Below, in pieces: positions 1-8,855 of a stretch of DNA of 62,716 bases (its first letter is position 1; each line of letters begins with the position of its first letter). The position numbers and the translations under genes were made by a program. Location: positions 1 through 62,716 of the forward strand of contig JBCCMA010000003.1 in the NCBI GenBank assembly GCA_039026595.1, read 5' to 3'. The DNA comes from Pseudomonadota bacterium (lineage in GTDB: Bacteria; Pseudomonadota; Gammaproteobacteria; Steroidobacterales; JBCCMA01). The notes below the pieces were generated by a model, which saw only the letters and a list, made by a program, of their open reading frames with translations, searched no databases and had not been told where the DNA came from.

Positions 1-1017
1 CAGGGGCGCGCGTTCTGGGTGCTCGACGATCTTTGGGTGCTGCGGCAAGCAGCAAACGCCCCGGCCGACAACGGACTGCACCTGTACACGCCACCCCGCT
101 GGTCGATGGGCAAACCCGGTGGACGCGGACGTACATTTGAAGGCAAGAACCCCTCGCCGCACGTGCCGCTTTATTACGTCATCCGCGACGAAGTGGACGA
201 CGACGCCACGCTGAAAATCGACATCCTCGATGCGGGCGGCGCGGTGGTCCGTACGATGGCTAGCCGCGAAGGCGATCAGGAGCGCTGCGAGAAGGGCAAC
301 GAAGAGCCGCGCCAACCGATCAAGCACAAGTACGCGCCGACAAAGAAGGGCTTCAACAAATGGCACTGGAACATGAAATCCGAGGACGTGCCGTGCATCG
401 AGAACATCCTGATCCACGCTGGTTTTAACGGTCCGAGCGTGGCGCCCGGAGACTATACCGCTCGGCTGACCCTGGGTGACTTGACCAGCGAGGTATCGTT
501 TCGTGTGGCCCAAGACCCGCGCTCGTCGGCAAGCCCGGACGAGATCAGCGATTGGGCGAACACACTAGCAACGGTCAAAGCGATGCTGAGCGATGCGCTT
601 CAGGCCCTCGATCAGGCGCGTCAGGCACGCGATCAAATTACCGCGTTAATAAGCGAGCACGACGACACGCAATTGCGTGCACTTGCCGAAAACGCAGTAT
701 CCGGCATCGACGTCTGGGAGAAGAAAATCACACAGCTCAAACATGAGACCTACGAGGATGAAGACGCGTGGGCCACGATGTTTGACGGTCAGGTGCGTTA
801 CCTGATGGAAACCATCGATCGATCCGGGGCACCCATTACAGGCGGGATGCGAACGAGGCTGGCCGATCTCACGCAACAATGGGTTGAACTGCAGCAAGAG
901 CTGCGCAACATCACCGCCAATTATATTGTGCCGATCAACGACTGGGCGTATACGCGGCAGGAACCGTACGTCGTGCACCCCGGCGGACATACGGTGACCG
1001 CAGACGGCGGTACGTAA
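1..1017 (+). CDS. C-terminal part (5' truncated by the window) of a VPS10/BNR-repeat glycosyl hydrolase-like protein
   Basis: Frame is open from base 1 (QGRAFWVLDDL). This is followed by an FlgD-like Ig segment (KIDILDAGGAVVRT...GFNKWHWN...PGDYTARLT...VAQDPR) and a helical tail, as in this family. Confidence 0.65.
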   Translation, partial: QGRAFWVLDDLWVLRQAANAPADNGLHLYTPPRWSMGKPGGRGRTFEGKNPSPHVPLYYVIRDEVDDDATLKIDILDAGGAVVRTMASREGDQERCEKGNEEPRQPIKHKYAPTKKGFNKWHWNMKSEDVPCIENILIHAGFNGPSVAPGDYTARLTLGDLTSEVSFRVAQDPRSSASPDEISDWANTLATVKAMLSDALQALDQARQARDQITALISEHDDTQLRALAENAVSGIDVWEKKITQLKHETYEDEDAWATMFDGQVRYLMETIDRSGAPITGGMRTRLADLTQQWVELQQELRNITANYIVPINDWAYTRQEPYVVHPGGHTVTADGGT

Positions 1018-1045
1018 CGGAGCCCAGTGCTTGGTGCGCGAGCAA

Positions 1046-2266
1046 TCAGCCGTAGGCGCGCCCCAAAACCGATAGCGCCCGCTGCACCAATTCCGAGTCA
1101 GACTCGTTGGCGAGCGCCAACGCGGGCTCCGCCCCATTGAACGCGAGAAGCACCGGCGCCCCGGTAAACTTATGGACATTGAACCACTGGTTGAATTGCC
1201 CCTGTGCCAATCCGGTATCTGGCGTGAGTATCCACGACGGCTCGGAGTCCCAGAACGGTTCTTCGAATGACAGGTAGAGTTTATCGAGGGTGCCAAAACC
1301 CAGGCGGGTTATTGCCTCGCGCATCTTGCGCGGCAGCGGAGGATCAAACGCGGGTCGATTCCGTTTCAACACGCCGAGCGGGACGGTAACGATAACCGCG
1401 TCGAAGCGCATCGCATCATTGCCCGGTGCATCGATGAGGACACCCGACGCGTCGTAGATGACACGTCGCACAGGCGTATCCAGCCGAACCTCATAGTCGC
1501 CTTCGAGCGCTGAGAAAATCTGATCGTAGCCGTTGGGGAACAGAACGTCGGGCCCGTCGTAGTCATCCGCGAACAGATAGGACCACACGCTGATCTGCTT
1601 CAGGCTGGCGCCTGCAGTGTGCTGGATTGAAGTGACCTCATCCATCCAGCCGGGAAGCGCGCCGTCATCAAGCGTCCGACCTTCTGCGCGCGCCCGCCAA
1701 GAGGGAGGGGTCTCCCGACGTGACAGCGACAGCGAATCGGCCATGGCCGTGAGCGGGTTGTCGTCGATCCCGTGAATCCAGCTGGCTCCAAGATCGAGCG
1801 CCGGACCCAACTCACGGCTGGTTTGGATTCGACCACCCAGTCGATCGCGCGCCTCGAATACGGTCACGGACACGCCCTCTTCGGCCAGAGCATGCGCGGC
1901 ACTGAGACCGCTCATGCCGGCGCCGACCACCGCGACGCGCTGATGTCCGCGCTCCAGAACCTTGCCCGCGGCCAATCGTCCGGATTCCTCGGCGGCGTGC
2001 ACTGTGCTGCTGCGTTTTGGGTTAGCGGCTTCACCCGCAAGATAGACGCAGTCAAGAACAGGTCGGGTCAGTACGCGATGGTGTTTACGGCGCGCGCCCT
2101 TTGCGATGAAAGAATAGGATCCACCGGCGAGCGGATCGCGGCTCCAGTTGGTGCGCAGGTAGCCAGAAAGAGGTGGCAAGGTGGGGTTCTTACCAAGCGC
2201 GACGGGCCCAAGCGCCGACGCGCACACCCAAAGACCACTTTTGCTCAAAAAACGCCGGCGATTCAT
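1046..2266 (-). CDS. Tat-exported flavin monoamine/polyamine oxidase family protein, circularly permuted
   Basis: Twin-Arg MNRRRFL. Motifs VVGAGMSGLSAA...FEARDRLGGRI, LGASWIHG and FDAVIVTVPLGVLK...FDPPLP...DKLYLSF are present. The TNWSRDP..GGSYS and LAGEA..TVHAA motifs lie N-terminal of the Rossmann motif. Confidence 0.85.
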   Translation of the reverse strand: MNRRRFLSKSGLWVCASALGPVALGKNPTLPPLSGYLRTNWSRDPLAGGSYSFIAKGARRKHHRVLTRPVLDCVYLAGEAANPKRSSTVHAAEESGRLAAGKVLERGHQRVAVVGAGMSGLSAAHALAEEGVSVTVFEARDRLGGRIQTSRELGPALDLGASWIHGIDDNPLTAMADSLSLSRRETPPSWRARAEGRTLDDGALPGWMDEVTSIQHTAGASLKQISVWSYLFADDYDGPDVLFPNGYDQIFSALEGDYEVRLDTPVRRVIYDASGVLIDAPGNDAMRFDAVIVTVPLGVLKRNRPAFDPPLPRKMREAITRLGFGTLDKLYLSFEEPFWDSEPSWILTPDTGLAQGQFNQWFNVHKFTGAPVLLAFNGAEPALALANESDSELVQRALSVLGRAYG

Positions 2267-2400
2267 TTCTGTGTGGCTTTTGTCTATGTCGTGTTTGTTC
2301 CGACCATGTAAGCGATTGCGTGATGGCGCACGCAGCAGATACGCAGTGTTGCCACTGCCCGTGATCTGCTACGCGCGGCCGATCACAGCGAACCGGCGGC

Positions 2401-2886
2401 TTAGGCGAACTCGGGTGGCGAGTAGGGGAGCGACGAGTGATGCAGGATGATCCGCAACGTGCCGTCCGCGTCTTTTTTGTAGCCCCAGCTTTTGTCCACT
2501 TTGGTGACCTGACCGTCTTTGTCAGTCATGGTGACCCAGCCCATCCACATGGCCACATCGCCTTCAATGAAGCTCGCAGACGTCTCCGAAAAAACCTCGC
2601 GCCAGCCTTTCAGAGCAAAGCCACCGTCGAGTGGAAAGTCCGAATCATGGGCGACAAAGTACGACAGTGCGCCCTTCTTTGTAGGACGAAATGTTTTCTC
2701 TCCGCTTGCCAGCGTGGGCTTGAACATGACGGGGCCGAGGTTGTAGCCGTAGGCGGCATCCAGAACGTCGTTGGCAATGCGGCGTGCGCCGTCGATGCCG
2801 TCCGATTCATACGCCTTTGCGATGGCAACCAGAGCGTCGCCCCAGGCAACGCGCGCCGCGTCCAGGTCAGCTTCGGTAATGGACAT
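2401..2886 (-). CDS. COG4337-type (NTF2/SnoaL-like fold) protein, putative iota-class carbonic anhydrase
   Basis: Motifs MFKPTLA, FRPTKKGALSYFV, DGGFALKGW, KVDKSWGY and C-terminal LRIILHHSSLPY; AAGGAG RBS; no signal peptide. Confidence 0.7.
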   Translation of the reverse strand: MSITEADLDAARVAWGDALVAIAKAYESDGIDGARRIANDVLDAAYGYNLGPVMFKPTLASGEKTFRPTKKGALSYFVAHDSDFPLDGGFALKGWREVFSETSASFIEGDVAMWMGWVTMTDKDGQVTKVDKSWGYKKDADGTLRIILHHSSLPYSPPEFA

Positions 2887-3065
2887 ATAGACTCCTTAGA
2901 ATACGTTGGTAAATCAGCCACTTACATGAGAGGAGTGAGCGCGCAGGGCAGGAAGCGCGCGCTCAATTCGCGTGGCTTGAATACGTGAGCGGCTTAAACT
3001 ACCGGGATAGAAGTGAATTTCCAAGATAAATCAGACGGTGTTTAAGCGCCGCCATCAGAAGGATT

Positions 3066-3722
3066 TTATCCGCCCTTTTCCTCGTGCGGCAGCACCTGCG
3101 TCTCCGCTTCGGCCGCGGCCTGCCACTGCTGCATGTCCGGATCAGCGTGTATGAAATCGACAAACCGCTGCGCCGCCGGCGTCAGCTCCACACCATAGGT
3201 CAGGAAACGTGACGCCACCGGCGCATACATGGCATCGGCGATGGTAAAGCCGCCTACCAGACCGCCATCCAGATGGCCAAACCTCTCTGCACACTCGTCC
3301 CAGATGGCAAGAACCCGCGCGACATCACCGACGGCTCGTTCGCTCGGCGCGAGTAACCGACCTCGAGCACGGCAGTTCATGGGCATCTCGCTACGCAGCG
3401 CCGGGAAGCCCGAGTGCATTTCCGCGCTGATGCAACGTGCAAAGGCGCGACGCGTACCGTCATCGGGCCAAAGGCCCGCATGCGGCATCCGGTCTGCAAT
3501 CACATCGGCGATTGCCAGCGAGTCCCAGATCACTTCATCGCCCAGGTGCAGCGCCGGCACCGTTCGCGATGGCGACAGATTGCCGATACGGGCGTCGAAC
3601 TCCGGCGTGTCGAGGTCGAGCTTGAGTTCGTCGAATTCCAGACCGGCCTTGCGTGCAACAAGCCATGCGCGCAACGACCACGACGAGTAGTTCTTGCTGC
3701 CGATAACCAACGTGTTCTTCAT
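3066..3722 (-). CDS. Glutathione S-transferase family protein
   Basis: IGSKNYSSWSLRAWL, SPSRTVPAL, WDSLAI, SAEMHSGF, FTIADAMYAPV; ATGA overlap with the trpA stop. Confidence 0.9.
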   Translation of the reverse strand: MKNTLVIGSKNYSSWSLRAWLVARKAGLEFDELKLDLDTPEFDARIGNLSPSRTVPALHLGDEVIWDSLAIADVIADRMPHAGLWPDDGTRRAFARCISAEMHSGFPALRSEMPMNCRARGRLLAPSERAVGDVARVLAIWDECAERFGHLDGGLVGGFTIADAMYAPVASRFLTYGVELTPAAQRFVDFIHADPDMQQWQAAAEAETQVLPHEEKGG

Positions 3723-4540
3723 GCCGCGCCCGCCTGAATGTGAAGCGACCGAACAAACGACGCCACATCCTCACCCTGTTCCGCCAGTTCAATCAGTCGC
3801 GATCCGACCACGACACCATCGGCGTGCGCTGCAAGGGCCGCCACCTGGTCGGGGCCTCGAATGCCGAAGCCCGCACAAACGGGCCGCTCGCTGACCGCAC
3901 GCACCCGCGCGAGATAGTCCGCGACACGTTCAAGATCCGGTGCGGCATCGCCGGTGGGTGCACCGGCTTTTGCGCCTCCGGTAATCCCGGTGACGGTCAC
4001 CGCGTAAACAAAGCCACCGCTGGCCGCACACAGCGTGGCCAGCCGATCCGCCGGCGTCACCGGTGTCACCAACTGAACCAACGCGAGGCCCTGCGCTTCG
4101 AGTGGCGTGCGCATGGGCGCGCTCTCTTCGTACGGCAGATCCGGCACGATAAAACCCGATACCCCGCTCTCGCGCGCGCGACGCGCGAGCGTCTCGTAGC
4201 CCATCGCCAGCATCGGGTTCAGATAGCCCATTAGCAACAGCGGGCATGCCCAGTTTCTGTCTGCCAGTGTGCGCAGAATCCAGTCCAGCGAGACGCCGTT
4301 GGCCAACGCCGTCTGGCTGGCCCGTTGAATGGTCATGCCGTCAGCCATCGGGTCGGTGAACGGCACGCCGATTTCGACCACGTCCGCCGCTTCGGTTAAC
4401 GCGCCCAGATTTGCAACAAACGATGCCTTGTCGGGGAAGCCCGCAGTCATGAACGCGACAACGGCCGGGCGACCCTCGTCATTCGCCCGTCGAATCGCCG
4501 CTTCGATGGCGTCGGCGCCCACATCGACCACTGCGCTCAT
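3719..4540 (-). CDS. trpA: Tryptophan synthase alpha chain
   Basis: EIGVPFTDPMADG, IVPDLP, GFVYAVTVTGITG, GFGI, ADGVVVGS. Confidence 0.97.
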   Translation of the reverse strand: MSAVVDVGADAIEAAIRRANDEGRPAVVAFMTAGFPDKASFVANLGALTEAADVVEIGVPFTDPMADGMTIQRASQTALANGVSLDWILRTLADRNWACPLLLMGYLNPMLAMGYETLARRARESGVSGFIVPDLPYEESAPMRTPLEAQGLALVQLVTPVTPADRLATLCAASGGFVYAVTVTGITGGAKAGAPTGDAAPDLERVADYLARVRAVSERPVCAGFGIRGPDQVAALAAHADGVVVGSRLIELAEQGEDVASFVRSLHIQAGAA

Positions 4541-5766
4541 GCCCGTGGCTCCAGCGAGCGCAGCGTGGGCAAATCCTTGTCACCCCGTCCCGAGAAACCG
4601 ATCAGAATTTGGGCGCCGGGATGCGCACGCGCGTAGTTGCGCGCGCCGGCCATGGCGTGCGCGGTTTCGATGGCCGGCAGGATGCCTTCGGTGCGACAGC
4701 ATTCGTCGAGCGCGTCGAGCGCTTCATCGTCGCGAATCGATACGTAGCGTGCGCGCCCGGTCGCCTGCAGTAACGCGTGTTCCGGACCAACACCCGGATA
4801 ATCCAGACCCGCCGACACCGAGTGGGTTTCCTGAATCTGGCCGTCCTGGTCGTGCAAGAGCATGGACATGGCACCGTGCAGGACACCGGGTTTGCCGGAG
4901 ACCAGCGACGCCGAATTATCACCGAGCCCCTCACCGCGCCCACCGGCTTCGACGCCGAGGAGGTCGGTGTCTGTATCGCCGATCAACGGGTGGAACAGCC
5001 CGATCGCATTGGAGCCCCCACCCACACACGCAATCGCGACATCGGCGCGGACCCCCGCGCGCGCCATCAGCTGATCGCGCGCCTCTTCGCCGATAACCGA
5101 CTGAAGCTGACACACCAGCCGCGGGTAGGGGTGCGGACCCACCGCCGAACCCAGCAGATAGTAGGTTTCCATCGGCGATGCGACCCAGTCCCGCAGTGCC
5201 TCGTCAATGGCCGAACGCAGCGTGCGATCGCCGTTCTCCACGGCCACAACCTCAGCGCCGAGCCGACGCATCCGATCTACATTGGGCGCCTGGCGTTCCA
5301 CATCGATGGCGCCCATGTACACACGACACGGCAACCCGAGCCGCGCGCAGGCCGCCGCGCTGGCCACACCGTGCTGGCCCGCGCCCGTCTCGGCGATGAT
5401 GCGCGTGACGCCAAGGTGTTTTGCGAGCAGCGCCTGCCCCACCGCGTTGTTGATCTTGTGTGCCCCGGTGTGTGCGAGGTCTTCGCGCTTGAGCCACACA
5501 TGGGCACCCCACGCCTCGCTCAGCCGCGTGGCATAGGTGAGCGGCGTCGGACGGCCCACCCACGTGGCAAGCTCGTCCTTGAACGCAGTCTGAAACGCGT
5601 CGGTGTCGAGCACATCGCGCATACCGGTCTCGAGGCGTTCCAGCGCCGGCACCAGCGTCTCGGGAACGTATCTTCCACCGAACGGGCCATAACGACCGCG
5701 CGCATCCGGATACTCGCCGGCCACCAGCGACGCGTGCATCGCGTCGGTTTCAGGTTGCGTGAGCAT
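4537..5766 (-). CDS. trpB: Tryptophan synthase beta chain
   Basis: GPFGGRYVPE, KREDLAHTGAHKINN (PLP lysine), AETGAGQHG, SAGLDYPGVGPEH, SGRGDKD. Confidence 0.98.
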   Translation of the reverse strand: MLTQPETDAMHASLVAGEYPDARGRYGPFGGRYVPETLVPALERLETGMRDVLDTDAFQTAFKDELATWVGRPTPLTYATRLSEAWGAHVWLKREDLAHTGAHKINNAVGQALLAKHLGVTRIIAETGAGQHGVASAAACARLGLPCRVYMGAIDVERQAPNVDRMRRLGAEVVAVENGDRTLRSAIDEALRDWVASPMETYYLLGSAVGPHPYPRLVCQLQSVIGEEARDQLMARAGVRADVAIACVGGGSNAIGLFHPLIGDTDTDLLGVEAGGRGEGLGDNSASLVSGKPGVLHGAMSMLLHDQDGQIQETHSVSAGLDYPGVGPEHALLQATGRARYVSIRDDEALDALDECCRTEGILPAIETAHAMAGARNYARAHPGAQILIGFSGRGDKDLPTLRSLEPRA

Positions 5767-5776
5767 GCTTTTGTCT

Positions 5777-5806
5777 CCTCATGCGATCAGGCCTCATGCG
5801 ATCAGG
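5777..5806. repeat. Exact 15-bp tandem duplication (CCTCATGCGATCAGG)x2 across the trpF stop and trpB RBS
   Basis: Read directly at 5777-5791 and 5792-5806. Confidence 0.9.
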
Positions 5807-6383
5807 CAGCAGCTCGCGCCGCCTGCACAAAATCGAAAATAAGATTCGGGTCTTTCCGCCCCCGTGTACGTTCAACACCACTGCTGACGTCCACACCGAA
5901 CGGCCGTACAGCGGTGATGCCCGCGGTCACGTTTTCAGGGTTCAAACCGCCCGCCAGAATTAGTTCGGTGCGCAAGGACAACGCCGCGGCAACCGACCAG
6001 TCGCAGGTATCACCGGTCCCGCTGTCCGCGCCTTCGAACAACAAGCGCGGCGGCGGATCACTCGGCGCATCATCACGGTAGACCGGCAGCGCCGTAACGC
6101 GCCCAGCGAGCATCACGCCGTGCAGATCAGGCGCGTCGGACTGCAGCCAGTCCGGTTGGATGCACGCGCAGACCTCCGTGATCCAAGCCATCCGCGGATG
6201 CCGCATCACCGCCACAATCTCAGCGCGACCCCGCGCGTGGTTAACCAGCGGAGCCGCCTCATTGAGCGTCACCTCGCGCGGCGACGGCGCAAAGACAAAG
6301 CCCACCGCGTCTGCGCCCGCCTCAATCGCCGCGTCGATGGACTCGGTGTTGCGCAAACCGCAGATCTTGATCCACAGCGCCAT
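5802..6383 (-). CDS. trpF: Phosphoribosylanthranilate isomerase
   Basis: WIKICGL, GADAVGFVF..SPR, ILAGGLNPENV, PFGVDVSSGVE; TGATG coupling to trpC. Confidence 0.95.
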   Translation of the reverse strand: MALWIKICGLRNTESIDAAIEAGADAVGFVFAPSPREVTLNEAAPLVNHARGRAEIVAVMRHPRMAWITEVCACIQPDWLQSDAPDLHGVMLAGRVTALPVYRDDAPSDPPPRLLFEGADSGTGDTCDWSVAAALSLRTELILAGGLNPENVTAGITAVRPFGVDVSSGVERTRGRKDPNLIFDFVQAARAAA

Positions 6384-7231
6384 CAACCGTGCCCCGGCTC
6401 GGGGTAAATACCGCTGGATCGCGCGATGGTCAGCATCGATTCCAGAAACGCCGTGGGCAGTCTGGCACGCATCAACGCCGTGCCGACCAAGGCCAGGCGA
6501 TAGCCCAGGCCCACAATCCGGCAGGCGTCCTGCGCATTCGCTACACCGCTTTCGGCCACCGACAAGAGACGGTGATCGAACAGCGGGGCGTGCGTGGCAA
6601 GGCGTTCCGGGTCGACATCGAGCGTGGTGAGATCCCGTGTATTGATCCCCACCAGCGGCCGCCGCTCGCGCTTGAGGGCCAGGTCCTGGCTCCGCGCGAG
6701 ATCGTCGGCGTCGAACGCTTCAATCAAAATGAACAAACCGAGTGCGTCCGCCACGTCGAGCATCTCGGACAACTGCGCGTCACTCAACATACGCGTGATC
6801 AACAGGGCGCCGCCCGCGCCGGCCGCCCGCGCCTCATAGAGCTGATACGGGTCCACCAGAAAGTCCTTGCGCATGACCGGGACCCCCTGCGACTCCACCG
6901 CCGCAGACGCCACCGACACGTGCGTCAGGTCGCCGCCAAAGCGCGACGGCTCGGTCAAAACCGAAATCGCGCAGGCGCCGCCGCGTGCGTAGGCCAGCGC
7001 GCGTTTCGCGATGGCATGGGGAACATTGTCATCATCCGCAAGTGCGCCTTCGGCCGGCGAATGACGTTTGATCTCAGCAATGATATCGAATCGATCAAAG
7101 CCCGCACGCAGCGCCGGTGGTGGTGGCATATCGGCCGTACGACTCTCCAGTTCGCTCAAGGGACGCGCGCCGCGCGCCTCGGCGCACCGCGCTTCGCTCG
7201 AACGTTGCATGCTGGCCAGAAAATCACTCAT
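6383..7231 (-). CDS. trpC: Indole-3-glycerol phosphate synthase
   Basis: IIAEIKRHSPAEG, AISVLTEPSRFGG, PVMRKDFLVDPYQ, VGINTRDL, VAESGV. Confidence 0.96.
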   Translation of the reverse strand: MSDFLASMQRSSEARCAEARGARPLSELESRTADMPPPPALRAGFDRFDIIAEIKRHSPAEGALADDDNVPHAIAKRALAYARGGACAISVLTEPSRFGGDLTHVSVASAAVESQGVPVMRKDFLVDPYQLYEARAAGAGGALLITRMLSDAQLSEMLDVADALGLFILIEAFDADDLARSQDLALKRERRPLVGINTRDLTTLDVDPERLATHAPLFDHRLLSVAESGVANAQDACRIVGLGYRLALVGTALMRARLPTAFLESMLTIARSSGIYPEPGHG

Positions 7232-8277
7232 CGACCGGAGACCGGCTGGCGTTCCTGAGCCGCGAGCGTGTCCAGCACCTGGGTCGCACGCTGATCGTGG
7301 ATTGCGTCACGCGCCATGCTGACTGCCGCCCGACGTGTGGTCGCCGCGCCGCAAACCTCAAGTGCAAGCGACGCACCGAGCACCAACGCGTCGAAGTGGG
7401 CATTCTCGACACGACCGCGCAGGACATCGCGCAGGGCGTCGGCGTTGTCGTTGGCATCCCCGCCCGCCAGCGCCTCCGGCGTGCAGCGCGCAAATCCGTC
7501 ATCACGCGGATCGCGTCGCTCGCTGATCACCTGGCCGGGTCGCACGTCGAACACATCGTACGCGCCGACCGGCGTGGCCTCGTCCCAGCCCGGCTCGCCG
7601 TGAATCACAAACGCCCGCTCAATGCGCATACCGCTCAGCGCTTCGGCCATCAATCTGGCGACCGGACGACTGAACGCGCCGATCACGGCAAACGGTGGCT
7701 CGGCCGGATTGGTCAGCGGACCGAGCACGTTGAATACCGTCCGGATGCCCATACCCTGACGCACCGGCGCCACCGCCTTCATCGCCGGGTGGTAAAACGG
7801 CGCAAACAAAAACGTAAAGCCAACCTGTTGCAACGCGCGAGCGGTGGCGGCCTCATCCATCGGCATCGGCAGCCCCAGATTCTCGAGCACGTCCGCGCTG
7901 CCGCTCCGGCTTGAGACCGACCGGTTACCGTGTTTGACCACCGGCACCCCGCACGCTGCGGTCAGAAGGGCACTGCCCGTGGACAGATTGAGGCTGCCCG
8001 ATCCGTCACCCCCGGTGCCGACAATGTCGATGGCTTTTTGCTCGGTCACAAGCGACGGGCGACGCGCCAGAGCGCGCATGGCGTTGGCAAACCCGCGGAT
8101 CTCTTCGGCGGTCTCGCCTTTGGCACGCAGCGCCGTCAGCACGGCAGCGGAGAGGACAGGCGATACCTCTTCATCGGTCAGTGCACGCAGCACGTCAGAG
8201 GCCTGCGACTCGGACAGGTTCTGGCCGGCCAGCACGTGTTCAAGCGCTTGACGCAACAACGCGGTCGATTCGCTCAT
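7228..8277 (-). CDS. trpD: Anthranilate phosphoribosyltransferase
   Basis: DIVGTGGDG, KHGNRSVSSRSGSADVLE, RTVFNVLGPLTNP. Confidence 0.97.
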   Translation of the reverse strand: MSESTALLRQALEHVLAGQNLSESQASDVLRALTDEEVSPVLSAAVLTALRAKGETAEEIRGFANAMRALARRPSLVTEQKAIDIVGTGGDGSGSLNLSTGSALLTAACGVPVVKHGNRSVSSRSGSADVLENLGLPMPMDEAATARALQQVGFTFLFAPFYHPAMKAVAPVRQGMGIRTVFNVLGPLTNPAEPPFAVIGAFSRPVARLMAEALSGMRIERAFVIHGEPGWDEATPVGAYDVFDVRPGQVISERRDPRDDGFARCTPEALAGGDANDNADALRDVLRGRVENAHFDALVLGASLALEVCGAATTRRAAVSMARDAIHDQRATQVLDTLAAQERQPVSGR

Positions 8278-8855
8278 GGCTGAGAAACCTGAAGGAAGTT
8301 GTTGAGCAGTGTATTGCCCTCCGGCGTCAAAACGCTTTCGGGATGAAACTGCACACCCTCAACGCGGTGCTCACGATGGCGCACGCCCATAATTTCGCCG
8401 CGTGCTGTTCGAGAGGTAACGGTCAATACATCGGGCACGTACGGGGGATCGGCAATCAACGAGTGATAGCGCCCGATCTCCATCGGACTGTTGATGCCGT
8501 CAAAAACGCCCTTCCCGTCATGGTCGATCATGGACGTCTTGCCGTGCATCTGTCGCTCGGCGCGCACGATGCTCCCACCGAACGCTTCTATGATCGATTG
8601 GTGGCCAAGACACACGCCGAGTATCGGCACCCGCCCGGTAAAGGCCTGCACCGCCGCCACGCTGATACCCGCGGCACCCGGTTCTCCCGGACCCGGAGAA
8701 ATCACCAGATGCGAGATGTCCAGCGCCAGCGCGTCTTCAACCGAGATCTTGTCGTGGCGATACACCGGCACGTCGGCGCCCAGTGCCCGGAACGCCTGCA
8801 CCAGGTTGTAGGTGAAAGAGTCGTAATTGTCGATCAGAAGTACGCGCGCGCTCAC
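8274..8855 (-). CDS. trpG: Anthranilate synthase component II (glutamine amidotransferase)
   Basis: LLIDNYDSFTYNL, SPGPG, LGVCLGHQ, RYHSL, QFHPES. Confidence 0.96.
   Translation of the reverse strand: MSARVLLIDNYDSFTYNLVQAFRALGADVPVYRHDKISVEDALALDISHLVISPGPGEPGAAGISVAAVQAFTGRVPILGVCLGHQSIIEAFGGSIVRAERQMHGKTSMIDHDGKGVFDGINSPMEIGRYHSLIADPPYVPDVLTVTSRTARGEIMGVRHREHRVEGVQFHPESVLTPEGNTLLNNFLQVSQP

Noticed and set aside
2936..2965. GC-rich inverted repeat between the GST and iota-CA genes as terminator or riboswitch
   Set aside because: No U-tract and no recognisable aptamer; such stems arise easily at this GC content.
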